Assembly (NCBI GenBank): GCA_963719515.1
Contig: CAVRCJ010000019.1
Location: 32,001 to 96,000, forward strand
Origin: an uncultured cyanobacterium
Lineage (GTDB): Bacteria; Cyanobacteriota; Cyanobacteriia; CAKZMO01
Direction of reading: 5' to 3'
DNA: 64,000 nucleotides
Under the pieces are notes generated by a model, which did not search any database, was not told the DNA's origin, and was given only the letters and a program-made list of their open reading frames with translations. The position numbers and the translations under genes were made by a program. Positions 40,502-49,880 of the stretch are shown in pieces. Position 1 is the first letter of the stretch. Every line of letters starts with the position of its first letter.

Positions 40502-40546
40502 CCCCCCTGAGCAGTCCCCCCAAAAACAGTCTCACTGCTCGGGGGG
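40502..40546 (+). terminator. Strong 3' hairpin
   Basis: CCCCCC-T-GAGCAGT ... ACTGCTC-GGGGGG; no U tract follows. Confidence 0.45.
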
Positions 40547-40573
40547 ACGCCGCAGGCGGCGGTACCCGCCAGA

Positions 40574-40666
40574 GAATCGCCCTTAGCAGTGGCGCAGGAG
40601 CGATCGCCCTCAAGGGAATCGCCCTCAAGGGAATCGCCCTTAGCAGTGGCGCAGGAGCGATCGCCC
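40574..40666. repeat. Composite repeat: two 36-bp direct repeats built on ATCGCCC cores
   Basis: GAATCGCCCTTAGCAGTGGCGCAGGAGCGATCGCCC at 40574 and 40631. Confidence 0.85.
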
Positions 40667-40713
40667 CACCAAAATGCAATATTAGTAAATGACAGCATTA
40701 CTCCCCACCCCCC

Positions 40714-41391
40714 ATGCGCCCCTTTCGCTCCGACCCCTACCTCTGGATTCACCTCGCCGGTCTCGCCGCCGTGCCCCTGTGGCTAGAGCTGTGCTTCGTC
40801 GGGTTGGCCATCGGCGAGCCGCTGCTGCCCCCGGCGGTTGAGCTAGCCGTAGTTGCCGCCGTGGGGGTGCTGCCCGTGCTGTGGATGCAGTGGCAGGCCC
40901 CCTTCTATATCTTTAGCGTGCTGGTAGCGGCGCTGCCGCCCGAACGACTCACCGGCTCGCAGCGCCAGCTGCTGCCATTCTTCAAAGGGGTAGTGCCCAA
41001 GCTGCTGTCGTTGGGCGCAGCAGTCGTCTTAGTCAGCCTGCTGTGGCAGCTCGACCGAATTGCCCCCTTGGCGATGCCCGCCGCCTTGCACTGGCCAGTG
41101 CCCCAGCAGCGCTGGTTTGGCTTAGGCGTAGCGGCGATCGCCTTTTTGCTCGCCAATCTCTTTACCCAGGTGCCCGTCAGCGTGCTGCAGGTGCTGCGGC
41201 TGCCCGAGGCCAGGGTCGCCGCCGTAGCGCCCTACCCCACAGAGGCGATCGCGCAGCAGTTTACCCTCTTGGGGTGGCGGGTCAACCGGCTGCTGCCAGC
41301 GACGACGCTTCCGCAGCCTAGCCCTACCCTGCTGCCGCCGGCCATCCCTGCAGCGGACGAGATTTCTACTTCCAAAGATGAATCGCGGTAA
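40714..41391 (+). CDS. Cyanobacterial low-complexity-tail membrane protein
   Basis: DPYLWIHLAGLA, WMQWQAPFYIFS, NLFTQVPVS. Confidence 0.8.
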   Translation: MRPFRSDPYLWIHLAGLAAVPLWLELCFVGLAIGEPLLPPAVELAVVAAVGVLPVLWMQWQAPFYIFSVLVAALPPERLTGSQRQLLPFFKGVVPKLLSLGAAVVLVSLLWQLDRIAPLAMPAALHWPVPQQRWFGLGVAAIAFLLANLFTQVPVSVLQVLRLPEARVAAVAPYPTEAIAQQFTLLGWRVNRLLPATTLPQPSPTLLPPAIPAADEISTSKDESR

Positions 41392-41578
41392 ACCGTATAG
41401 GCTATCACTGCCGAGCTAGCCGACGTAGGCTATCTTTGAGAGAGATATAAATAGTGAAAAGTCTTTACTGTTGACTTGATCTATAGAGATTTATCTATAG
41501 AGGTAGGCTAGCGGCCTCGTGGAAATCGCGACGGCTTACCCCTGCCATCTACCACAAACTGACTGTAAGAGGTTGATT

Positions 41579-41761
41579 ATGAGCATACCGTCCCTATCCC
41601 AATCTGATACTGACGTTCCCGCCTGGGCGAGCCTCAAAAAGGCGATCGCCAACAGCTCCGGATTTCAGCGATGGCAGCTTCAGAGCAATCAGAGCGACGC
41701 TACCCTCGACGACCTCGTCATGCGCTACCTGCGCGAGACTCTAGAAACCCTAGCCTATTAG
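41579..41761 (+). CDS. Small conserved cyanobacterial protein
   Basis: WASLKKAIANSSGFQRW..YLRETLETLAY. Confidence 0.75.
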   Translation: MSIPSLSQSDTDVPAWASLKKAIANSSGFQRWQLQSNQSDATLDDLVMRYLRETLETLAY

Positions 41762-41809
41762 CGCGGCCCACCAGAGCGCGGCCCACCAGAGCGCGGCCCA
41801 CTAAAGCGC
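41760..41809. repeat. 15-bp tandem repeat x3
   Basis: AGCGCGGCCCAC(C/T)A(G/A) starting within the stop codon. Confidence 0.85.
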
Positions 41810-42239
41810 AACCCAGTGACATCCTCCCGACGCTGACAGCAAGCTGTACAGCGCGGGCTTCCTCAGTGACTCCCAGCTATTGCCGGGACATATCCTGAGA
41901 TAGGTTTATACTCCGCCTGATGCCCCACGGCAGAGTTTTGAATTTTCATCTCCGCGAGGGAGGATACGCACTATGTGTCGCAGATACATTTGCAAACTGA
42001 GGAACGGGTGACTTGCAGCTTTCGCCTACGGGCCCGTCACACTCTTTGCGGGGTGTATCACCTTGCTATCTCTATCATACCAACTGCTAGCCTCAGCGCT
42101 GAGCGCACTATCCGCTGTGCATCATTTTGCGGGCGCACTTCGGCTAGCGCGACTCTCATCCCGACGCTCACCCTGACGGGTAGAGCGCGGGGCTTCCCGT
42201 CTAGTCGCTAAAGCGCAGCTTACTCCAACCACAGTAGAG

Positions 42240-42929
42240 CTACAGCACACGGTCGATCCAATCCCCTACGCGCTGCTGTAGCTCTACGAGTTCTGAAATA
42301 TCTCTGTAGGTCCGCTGAAACTCAACGATGTCGACGTACATCTCTTCAGTGGGATAGTTTTGAATAATTTCCATAGGCGTGATCTGCTCGTCATCGCTGG
42401 CAGATAGCACTAAAGCCCCCCGCAGCGCTTGGCGATCGCCTCGCCGGGAGCGGGTGTGGACTGCCTTGCTTGCCCTGTCTAGCACCACGTTGCCCGCCGG
42501 GTTATTGAGTGCACGGCTGAGCAGCACCGGGCTAACGCTGACCTCTTGGGTGAGCATGTCCCGCATGTCATTGGCGGGGTAGCCGCTGAGGCGGATGTAG
42601 GGCCGCAGGCCAGAGGCAACCTCCCCTGTTTCCGCCAGCAGCGTCAGGTCTTCAACGGCGACGGAACGCTGAAAGGCGTAATACTTCAAGACAACCGATT
42701 CGGCAGCGATCGCAGGAGCTGCAGTGCCAACCGCGACGGCGCTAAACGCCAGTCCTAGCGCGACGCCAATTTTTTGTAACGCTCGGCTGCAGGACACCGT
42801 AGCCGAAGACGCTTGTGAGAAGCCGCGTCGCGGTGTCTTTGGTTGTGACAATCTTGAGTATGGCTGCGGGTGCGATTGTGGCGAGCGCGTAGGCATCGAA
42901 GCAAAACCCCTATCTAGCGTGTGGTTCAA
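42240..42929 (-). CDS. DUF1400 domain protein
   Basis: AAESVVLKY, ALRGALVLSA, IIQNYPT; start uncertain. Confidence 0.75.
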   Translation of the reverse strand: MNHTLDRGFASMPTRSPQSHPQPYSRLSQPKTPRRGFSQASSATVSCSRALQKIGVALGLAFSAVAVGTAAPAIAAESVVLKYYAFQRSVAVEDLTLLAETGEVASGLRPYIRLSGYPANDMRDMLTQEVSVSPVLLSRALNNPAGNVVLDRASKAVHTRSRRGDRQALRGALVLSASDDEQITPMEIIQNYPTEEMYVDIVEFQRTYRDISELVELQQRVGDWIDRVL

Positions 42930-43072
42930 CTGTCATCCGATAGCTTTAATTGTGCGACAAACTGCACCATTATCGTCTCATCTCCTATCCAGTCTTCCAG
43001 CTGTCTATTGACCGATGTTAGGGGTCTATCATCCCCTATAAGCTGAATAAGCACAGTTGATGAGTAACAACA

Positions 43073-44734
43073 ATGGATATGCAACGGTGGGTTAATCGAC
43101 GGCCTCAGCAGACCCGCTGGTCTAGCGTCCCCTCTGCAGCCCGATGTCTCCTGGCGCTCCCCTTAGGGCTGACGCTAGCGATCGCAGCCGGGGGCGGCCC
43201 TGAGATGATAGCGCTGGCAGACAGTCCAGCGCCCTCTAGCGACATTGCTCAGCTCCCCGTAAGGGCGCGGGTTATCCACGTCAACCCCGCCCAGGGAACC
43301 GACGCCGAAGGCGGCGGCAGCGAGACGCAGCCCCTGCGCACAATTGGCTATGCCCTAGAACAGGCCAGCGACACGGCGGTGATTCAGCTAGCTCCGGGAA
43401 CCTACACCGCCGACACAGGTGAGACCTTTCCCCTACGGCTGAAGCCGGGCGTAATTCTGTTGGGCAGCGAATCCAACGACGGCGCAACCGTCTCGGTGAT
43501 TGGCGGCGGCACCTTTGTCACCGGCATGATGGGACGGCAAAGCGCCACCCTCATCGCCTCGGACGACAGCGAGATCCGGGGCCTGACCGTCACCAACCCC
43601 ACCACCCGAGGCACGGGCATCTGGGTAGAATCGGTCAACCCCATCGACCCGCTGATTCGCAACAACACCTTTACCGGCAACGCGCGGGACGGCGTCTTTA
43701 TTAATGGTTCTGCTGTGCCTATCATCGAGCGCAATCGCTTCGTCCGCAACTCGGATAACGGCATCTCGCTCACCCGCAGGGCAGGGGGCACCATTCGCAA
43801 CAACGAGTTTGTTGACACCGGCTTTGGCATCGTGGTGAGCGATTCTGCTAGCCCGACCATTGAGGGCAACCAGATTATCGAGAATATTGACGGGGTGGTG
43901 GTGACCACAAGAGCTACTCCCGTGCTGCGCCGAAACGTGATTCGCAGCAACACCCGCGACGGCCTAGTGGCCATTGGCAATGCTCGCCCAGACCTGGGGA
44001 CCGCTGACAGCCCTGGTGAGAACATCATCGCCAACAACGGCCGCTTTGCCATTCACAACGCTACGCGCGGCGACACGATGATGATGGCCGTCGGCAACCA
44101 GGCCAATGAGGAGGAAGTCGAGGGCAACGTAGAATTTGTGGCCCGCATGATTGGCTTCGCAGACGTCCAGGGACACTGGGCGCAGCCCTACGTTGAGGCG
44201 CTCGCGGGCCAGGAGATTATCGGCGGTTTCCCAGACGGCACCTACCGACCCAACGACCCCGTCACCCGCGCCCAGTTCGCCGCCATTCTCAACAAGGCGT
44301 TTACCGCAGCGCCCAAGCGAGGTGGGCAGGAGTTCGTCGACATCCAGCGGGACTTCTGGGGCTACAGCGCCATTCAGTCGGCCTATCAGCGCGGCTTTTT
44401 GTCGGGCTATCCGGGGCAGGTGTTCCGCCCTAGTCAAGAGATTCCTCGGGTGGAGGTGCTCGTCTCCCTCGCCAGCGGCCTAGAGCTAAACGCAGCGGCG
44501 GGCTCAGGGGCACTGAATAAGTACCAAGACGCCACCGAAATTCCCAACTGGGCCACGGGGGCGATCGCCGCCGCCACTCAGGAGAACCTGGTGGTCAACT
44601 ACCCAACGACAAACCAGCTCAACCCCAACACCCAGGCTACGCGGGCTGACGTGGCGGCCTTCGTCTACCAGGCGCTGGTGCAGGCAGGGCAGGCTGAGCC
44701 CATCGAGTCGGAGTATCTGGTGACCTTTCCGTGA
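43073..44734 (+). CDS. DUF1565 / beta-helix protein with three SLH domains
   Basis: QLAPGTY..GETFP, parallel beta-helix repeats, FADVQGHWA..VTRAQFA. Confidence 0.88.
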   Translation: MDMQRWVNRRPQQTRWSSVPSAARCLLALPLGLTLAIAAGGGPEMIALADSPAPSSDIAQLPVRARVIHVNPAQGTDAEGGGSETQPLRTIGYALEQASDTAVIQLAPGTYTADTGETFPLRLKPGVILLGSESNDGATVSVIGGGTFVTGMMGRQSATLIASDDSEIRGLTVTNPTTRGTGIWVESVNPIDPLIRNNTFTGNARDGVFINGSAVPIIERNRFVRNSDNGISLTRRAGGTIRNNEFVDTGFGIVVSDSASPTIEGNQIIENIDGVVVTTRATPVLRRNVIRSNTRDGLVAIGNARPDLGTADSPGENIIANNGRFAIHNATRGDTMMMAVGNQANEEEVEGNVEFVARMIGFADVQGHWAQPYVEALAGQEIIGGFPDGTYRPNDPVTRAQFAAILNKAFTAAPKRGGQEFVDIQRDFWGYSAIQSAYQRGFLSGYPGQVFRPSQEIPRVEVLVSLASGLELNAAAGSGALNKYQDATEIPNWATGAIAAATQENLVVNYPTTNQLNPNTQATRADVAAFVYQALVQAGQAEPIESEYLVTFP

Positions 44735-45190
44735 ATACTCCCGACGCTCATCCTACGGATAGAGCGCGGGCTTCATCGGTCGCCCGATGAGTTTCCTGCT
44801 TCGCGTTACACGCACGCTGCGCGAACACAGCCAGTTGGCTAGATATGGTTTCCCACATCCCCGCTACCTCGGCTCCACAGACAATTTGAACACCCGAAAG
44901 ACCACGGGCGTTGATGACTTGGGCAGCAGCTATATCTCTCGGCTTGACCGACCCACAGCTATGACACTGATGAACCCTATCACTCAGCGACTTTTTGACC
45001 GCAGCACCACAATCAGGGCATTCCTGAGAGGTGCGGTAGGGGTCAACCTTGCCGTAGTAGACACCACGCTTGAAGCACACCCATGGCAGCACCTGGTTGA
45101 CGAACTGCCCCAGACCAGCATCCAGGGTGTGCTTACCCAGCATCCCTTTTGCCATGATGCGGAAGTCGATGTCTTCCACAAATATCATCT
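44732..45190 (-). mobile_element. tnpB: Truncated tnpB 3' end with IS right end
   Basis: FVEDI, TSQECPDCG..CHSCG..PRDIAAA; ends in GAAGCCCGCGCT..GGGAGTATTCA. Confidence 0.8.
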
Positions 45191-45292
45191 GGGCTCTGCT
45201 GAGGAACAGCTGAGGAACAGCGGCAGGCATCCCCTTTAATCGTAGAATTGGGGGATGTCTGCTGTCTTTTGCTCGTTTCTTTCTGGAACTGC

Positions 45293-45844
45293 ATGTCGTT
45301 TTTTCTAAAGCTCGCGCGCTGGATTGACCGGCTGAGCGAAGGGTTGGGCTGGGTAACCTTGGGGTTGACCCTGATTATGGTGGCGGTGGGAGCCTACAAC
45401 GCCATCAGCCGCTACCTAGGCCGGTTCATCGGCGTCAACCTCAGCTCTAACCTCTACATTGAGGTGCAGTGGTATCTGTTCAGCTTAATTTTTTTACTAG
45501 GGGCTGCCTACGTGCTCAAGCGCGGAGAGCACGTGCGGGTCGACATTCTCTACGGTCGGCTCTCCCGCCGGGGCAAGGCCTGGATCGATCTGCTGGGGAC
45601 GCTGCTGCTGCTGCTGCCGCTGTGCGCCGTCATCGTCATCTACTCTTTGCCGTCGGTGATTAACTCTTGGAAAATCAAGGAGGGCTCCTCCGACCCCGGC
45701 GGCCTGGACCGCTACCCGCTTAAGGCGATGCTGATAGTGGCCTTTATGCTTTTGGCGCTGCAGGGCATTTCTGAAGTTATCAAGCAAGTGGCCATCCTCT
45801 CGGGTCACCCCGCTGCCCAACCTCAAGAGGAACTCCGTGGCTGA
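45293..45844 (+). CDS. dctQ: TRAP transporter small permease
   Basis: EVQWYLF, HVRVDILY, LQGISE. Confidence 0.88.
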   Translation: MSFFLKLARWIDRLSEGLGWVTLGLTLIMVAVGAYNAISRYLGRFIGVNLSSNLYIEVQWYLFSLIFLLGAAYVLKRGEHVRVDILYGRLSRRGKAWIDLLGTLLLLLPLCAVIVIYSLPSVINSWKIKEGSSDPGGLDRYPLKAMLIVAFMLLALQGISEVIKQVAILSGHPAAQPQEELRG

Positions 45845-47153
45845 TTACCTGGGCCTGATCATGTTTCTGGGGGCGCTGCTGCTGATTTTCACGGGCTACC
45901 CCGTGGCTTTCTCCTTGGGCGGCACGGGGCTGCTGTTTGCCCTTATTGGCTACCTGTCGGGTAACTTCGATCTCATCTTGTTCTCGGCTCTGCCGCAGCG
46001 CATCTTTGGCATCATGAGCAACTACGTGCTGCTCGCCATTCCCTACTTTATTTTGATGGGGACGGTGCTGCAGCAGTCTGGGCTCGCGGAAGACCTGCTG
46101 GAGACCTTCGGCATTTTGTTTGGGCGGCTGCGGGGCGGGCTGGCCATCGGCGTGATTTTGGTGGGGACGCTGCTGGCGGCGGCGACGGGGGTAGTGGGAG
46201 CCACCGTAGTCTCCATGGGCATCATCTCTTTGCCCATCATGCTGCGCTATGGCTATAACGCTTCCTTCGCTTCAGGCATTATTGCCGCCTCTGGCACCCT
46301 GGGTCAGGTGATTCCTCCCAGCGTGGTGCTCATTGTGCTGGGCGACCAGCTAGGCGTTTCGGTGGGCGACCTGTTTTTGGGGTCACTGCTGCCGGGGATA
46401 GCCCTGTCTAGCCTATACCTGCTCTACGCGGCGGCGGTTGCCCTGTTTCGGCCTAAGGCCGCTCCCGCCCTGCCCCCCGAGCAGCTCACTTTAACCAAGC
46501 CTCAGCTGGCGCTGCGGGTATTTCGCGTCATGCTGCCGCCGCTGGTTCTCATTTTGGTGGTGCTGGGCAGCATTTTTGCCGGAGTGGCCACCCCCACCGA
46601 GGCGGGTGCCATGGGCGTCGTCGGAGCCCTGGTGCTGGCGGCTCTCAACCGGCGGCTGACGAGGCGAACGCTTTTTGGGTCGCTGCGCTCTAGCGTTGAG
46701 CTGACCACCATGGTGATTGTGCTGCTGGTGGGAGCAACGGTGTTCAGCCTGGTGTTTCGCGGACTGGGGGGCGATCGCCTCGTGCAAAACCTGCTGCTCA
46801 ACCTGCCGGGCGGGGTCGTCGGCTTCTTGATTCTGGTGAACCTGCTGGTGTTCTTCCTGGGGTTCTTCCTTGACTACTTCGAGATTGTGTTCATCATCGT
46901 GCCGCTGATGGCTCCGGTGGCTGTGCAGTTTGGCTACGACTTGGTGTGGTTTGGCGTCATGCTGGGGGTCAACCTGCAGACCTCATTTTTGACGCCGCCG
47001 TTCGGGTTTTCCCTGTTTTACCTGCGGGGCGTCGCGCCGCCAGAGGTGAGCACCGTCAGCATCTATCGCGGCGTTGTGCCGTTCATCGCCATTCAGCTGG
47101 TGGCCCTCCTGCTGATTATTCGCTTTCCTCAGCTTGTTACTTGGGTGCTCTGA
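45837..47153 (+). CDS. dctM: TRAP transporter large permease
   Basis: SGTLGQVIPPS, ATPTEAGA, LTPPFG. Confidence 0.92.
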   Translation: MADYLGLIMFLGALLLIFTGYPVAFSLGGTGLLFALIGYLSGNFDLILFSALPQRIFGIMSNYVLLAIPYFILMGTVLQQSGLAEDLLETFGILFGRLRGGLAIGVILVGTLLAAATGVVGATVVSMGIISLPIMLRYGYNASFASGIIAASGTLGQVIPPSVVLIVLGDQLGVSVGDLFLGSLLPGIALSSLYLLYAAAVALFRPKAAPALPPEQLTLTKPQLALRVFRVMLPPLVLILVVLGSIFAGVATPTEAGAMGVVGALVLAALNRRLTRRTLFGSLRSSVELTTMVIVLLVGATVFSLVFRGLGGDRLVQNLLLNLPGGVVGFLILVNLLVFFLGFFLDYFEIVFIIVPLMAPVAVQFGYDLVWFGVMLGVNLQTSFLTPPFGFSLFYLRGVAPPEVSTVSIYRGVVPFIAIQLVALLLIIRFPQLVTWVL

Positions 47154-47192
47154 GGTTGGGTGTTTGAGGTCAGCTCCAAAGCGACATAGCAA

Positions 47193-47222
47193 ATAGGGGG
47201 GATGCGATCGCATCCCCCCTAT
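47193..47222. terminator. Perfect 30-bp palindrome between convergent genes
   Basis: ATAGGGGGGATGCGATCGCATCCCCCCTAT. Confidence 0.6.
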
Positions 47223-47254
47223 CTTCAATAAGCTTCGCAGTCGCGATAGACTGA

Positions 47255-47728
47255 CTAGTCGAGGTAGCCCATCATTCCAGCCGGGTCGAAAATATCATTA
47301 CGGGCGATGGGGCGATTGTTGGGGAGACTGCTGCCCTCCATGAGTTCTCCGGGGCTAGATCCAATGGGGCGGTGCTCCGGTAGGCTATCGACATCGACAA
47401 CGGCAAGATTGCTGCTGAAGACTGGGCGATGACCCGGCAGCGTGTCGGTGTGGGCCACAGACAGATGGTTGGCCTCAATGGGCCTTCCACCCATGAGGGT
47501 GTCGTAGATATCGAGATGGCTCGCACCGATGGGGCGAATGCCGGAGAACGACATCGTATCTACAATTTCGATACCATCGCTGCTGATGGGGCGACCCGCT
47601 AGCTCCCGCGATGGCTTCAGCTCAATGGCGTGCCCTTCCTCTGAGGTGACCGTTTTCTTAGACTCTTTAGGCTCTTTAGGCGCTTTAGGGACGATATCTA
47701 CCTGGTCGTTTGTGTCTTGATCTGCCAT
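47255..47728 (-). CDS. Hypothetical protein with about six RP(I/V) repeats
   Basis: ~18-aa periodicity; ends in MMGYLD. Confidence 0.75.
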   Translation of the reverse strand: MADQDTNDQVDIVPKAPKEPKESKKTVTSEEGHAIELKPSRELAGRPISSDGIEIVDTMSFSGIRPIGASHLDIYDTLMGGRPIEANHLSVAHTDTLPGHRPVFSSNLAVVDVDSLPEHRPIGSSPGELMEGSSLPNNRPIARNDIFDPAGMMGYLD

Positions 47729-48215
47729 AACCCATAACCCTCATTTGTACACTGCTTGTAAGACTAAGCTAGAGATCCCTCTAGCACTGACCTCTAGCGT
47801 CGAGGCAGTCGGGGATAACGTCTCGTCTAGTTCTGTAGCGGCTCTAGCCCAGCACTCTCTGGCCCAAAGTCGACTTGTCACGCCGAACCTATTGCACCGA
47901 ATCTAATGCCCAAAAGGCGAGCCGATTTATCGCCTACAGTCTATTGTAGAAGCAAATTGGCATATCTCAACATATGGAAAATCGCCGCTACTATAATAAT
48001 TATTTAATTTTTGCATTAAAAATACTGATTTTAGGGTAGACAGAGGGTTCCAGGGTATATATTGTCTCTCCTGACAGCAAACGTTTAACCTGTGACAGGC
48101 TCCCCTGCCTGAAACCTCTTCCGGTCTAGCGTCGCTTGTGCTAGGTCGAGTTTTCTGACACTCTGGAACTCGCTATGCTGACCGATACGCTTTCCCATCC
48201 CCCATCCCAGATTTC

Positions 48216-48983
48216 ATGAAAGAACTTTCCAGCCGCCAACTGTCTCCGGTCATCGCCACTGCCTTCAAGGTAGTGGGTATCATCATGGTCTTAGCGGCGC
48301 TCATCGACGTCGCCGTGCTGCCGATGCCATATCTGCTCGACAGCCAGGAGTGGTGGCTCGGATTTACAACCCAAGTTGTCGACCGGGGTATCATCCCTTT
48401 GCTAGGGCTCACCCTGTTTTTGGCAGGCTTTTGGATTGAGTCTCTGACGGGGCCAACCAGCCGCCTGCTGCCAAAGATGACGGTCATCCTTTCCTGCATC
48501 CTGTCTGCAATCTATCTGCTGCTAATCGTGCTCCACATCGGCAAGGTGGCTGCGGTTCAATCAGATCAGCTAGAGGCGGTCGCCGAGCGGACGGCCCAGG
48601 CCGAGCAGCAGCTTGACACTGAAATTGAGACTCAAATTGGGCAGCGACGAACGTTGATCAGCCAGCTGCTAGAAAACGAGTCGCTGCGAGGCCAAGCGGT
48701 CTCGCGAGGGCTGATTTCAGCGGACGATGCGGCGGTTCTAGATGAGTTCGAGGATGATCCAGAACAGCTCGAAACCTACCTGCAGGGGTTGGAGAGTCAG
48801 GCGGAAGCGCTGCGTAGCGATGAGCAAAGCAAGATCACTGAAGGCAGAGAGGAGCGCGTCAAGGAGATCAAAAGTGATGCTCTAAAGTCAAACCTTCGCA
48901 TTGGCGTGAGCAGTCTGCTGCTGTCTCTGGGCTATGGTGCTCTGGGCTGGACCGGACTTAAAGGGTTCCGATACAGGGACTAG
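48216..48983 (+). CDS. HpsJ-family membrane protein
   Basis: TQVVDRGIIPLLG motif, 3 TMs, coiled coil, C-terminal TM. Confidence 0.7.
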   Translation: MKELSSRQLSPVIATAFKVVGIIMVLAALIDVAVLPMPYLLDSQEWWLGFTTQVVDRGIIPLLGLTLFLAGFWIESLTGPTSRLLPKMTVILSCILSAIYLLLIVLHIGKVAAVQSDQLEAVAERTAQAEQQLDTEIETQIGQRRTLISQLLENESLRGQAVSRGLISADDAAVLDEFEDDPEQLETYLQGLESQAEALRSDEQSKITEGREERVKEIKSDALKSNLRIGVSSLLLSLGYGALGWTGLKGFRYRD

Positions 48984-49084
48984 GGCTGCAATAGTCTCTA
49001 CAATGGTGATAGACCGAATGCGCAAGGCTGCTGAGGGAACTCTGCCTTTGGACGCACCCACAAGCGAAGGAGATTGAGTGTACT

Positions 49085-49852
49085 GTGTTTCAGCAGCTCA
49101 AACAGGACTTTAAAAACGATCTGATTGCGGGACTATTGGTCATTATTCCAATAGCAACAACAATTTGGCTGACCTACACCATCGCCAGCTGGGTCATTAA
49201 CTTCCTAACCCGGATCCCCAAGCAGCTGAACCCGTTTCACGATCTCAACCCCATCTTGGTCTACCTGCTCAATCTACTGGTTGGGCTGGCAGTTCCCCTG
49301 CTGTTCATCCTGTTGATTGGCCTGATGGCCCGCAACATCGCGGGCCGGTGGTTGCTAGATGTGGGGGAGCGACTGCTGCAGGCTATCCCGCTAGCAGGCT
49401 CGGTCTACAAAACCCTAAAGCAAATCCTTGAAACGCTGCTGCGGGACTCTAACAACAAGTTCCGGCGCGTCGTCCTAGTGGAGTACCCGCGCCGGGGCAT
49501 TTGGGCGATGGCGTTTGTCACCGGTACCGTGGGCGCTGAACTCAGCCCGACGAAGAGTCCGGGCAAAATGCTGAGCGTCATCATTCCCACAACGCCGAAT
49601 CCTACCAGCGGCTGGTTCGCCATTGTGCCTGAGCAGGAAGTGATGAATCTTTCAATTTCGATTGAAGACGCATTTAAGGTTCTGATTTCGGGAGGGATTG
49701 TCGGACCAAGCGTCACGGCGACGCTCTCTGAAGGAGCTGCTGCCGCCGACAGCCGCAGCGGCAAAAAGTCCGTCCCTTTTATAGGGAACCGCTTAGAATC
49801 CTATGCTGAGGACCACGACGCTTTGTCCTCGATAGCGCCTGAGGACGATTAA
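49085..49852 (+). CDS. DUF502 protein
   Basis: VLVEYPRRG, PTTPNPTSG, ISGGIV. Confidence 0.88.
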   Translation: MFQQLKQDFKNDLIAGLLVIIPIATTIWLTYTIASWVINFLTRIPKQLNPFHDLNPILVYLLNLLVGLAVPLLFILLIGLMARNIAGRWLLDVGERLLQAIPLAGSVYKTLKQILETLLRDSNNKFRRVVLVEYPRRGIWAMAFVTGTVGAELSPTKSPGKMLSVIIPTTPNPTSGWFAIVPEQEVMNLSISIEDAFKVLISGGIVGPSVTATLSEGAAAADSRSGKKSVPFIGNRLESYAEDHDALSSIAPEDD

Positions 49853-49880
49853 GGCGGCTTTCGTCTACCTACTTAACATC

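Noticed and set aside
40574..40666. Minimal CRISPR (36-bp repeat, spacer, repeat)
   Set aside because: The 21-bp intervening sequence is itself made of repeat sub-units
45293..47153. TRAP system lacking dctP as an anomaly
   Set aside because: The solute-binding gene may simply lie elsewhere in the genome; this cannot be judged from the window
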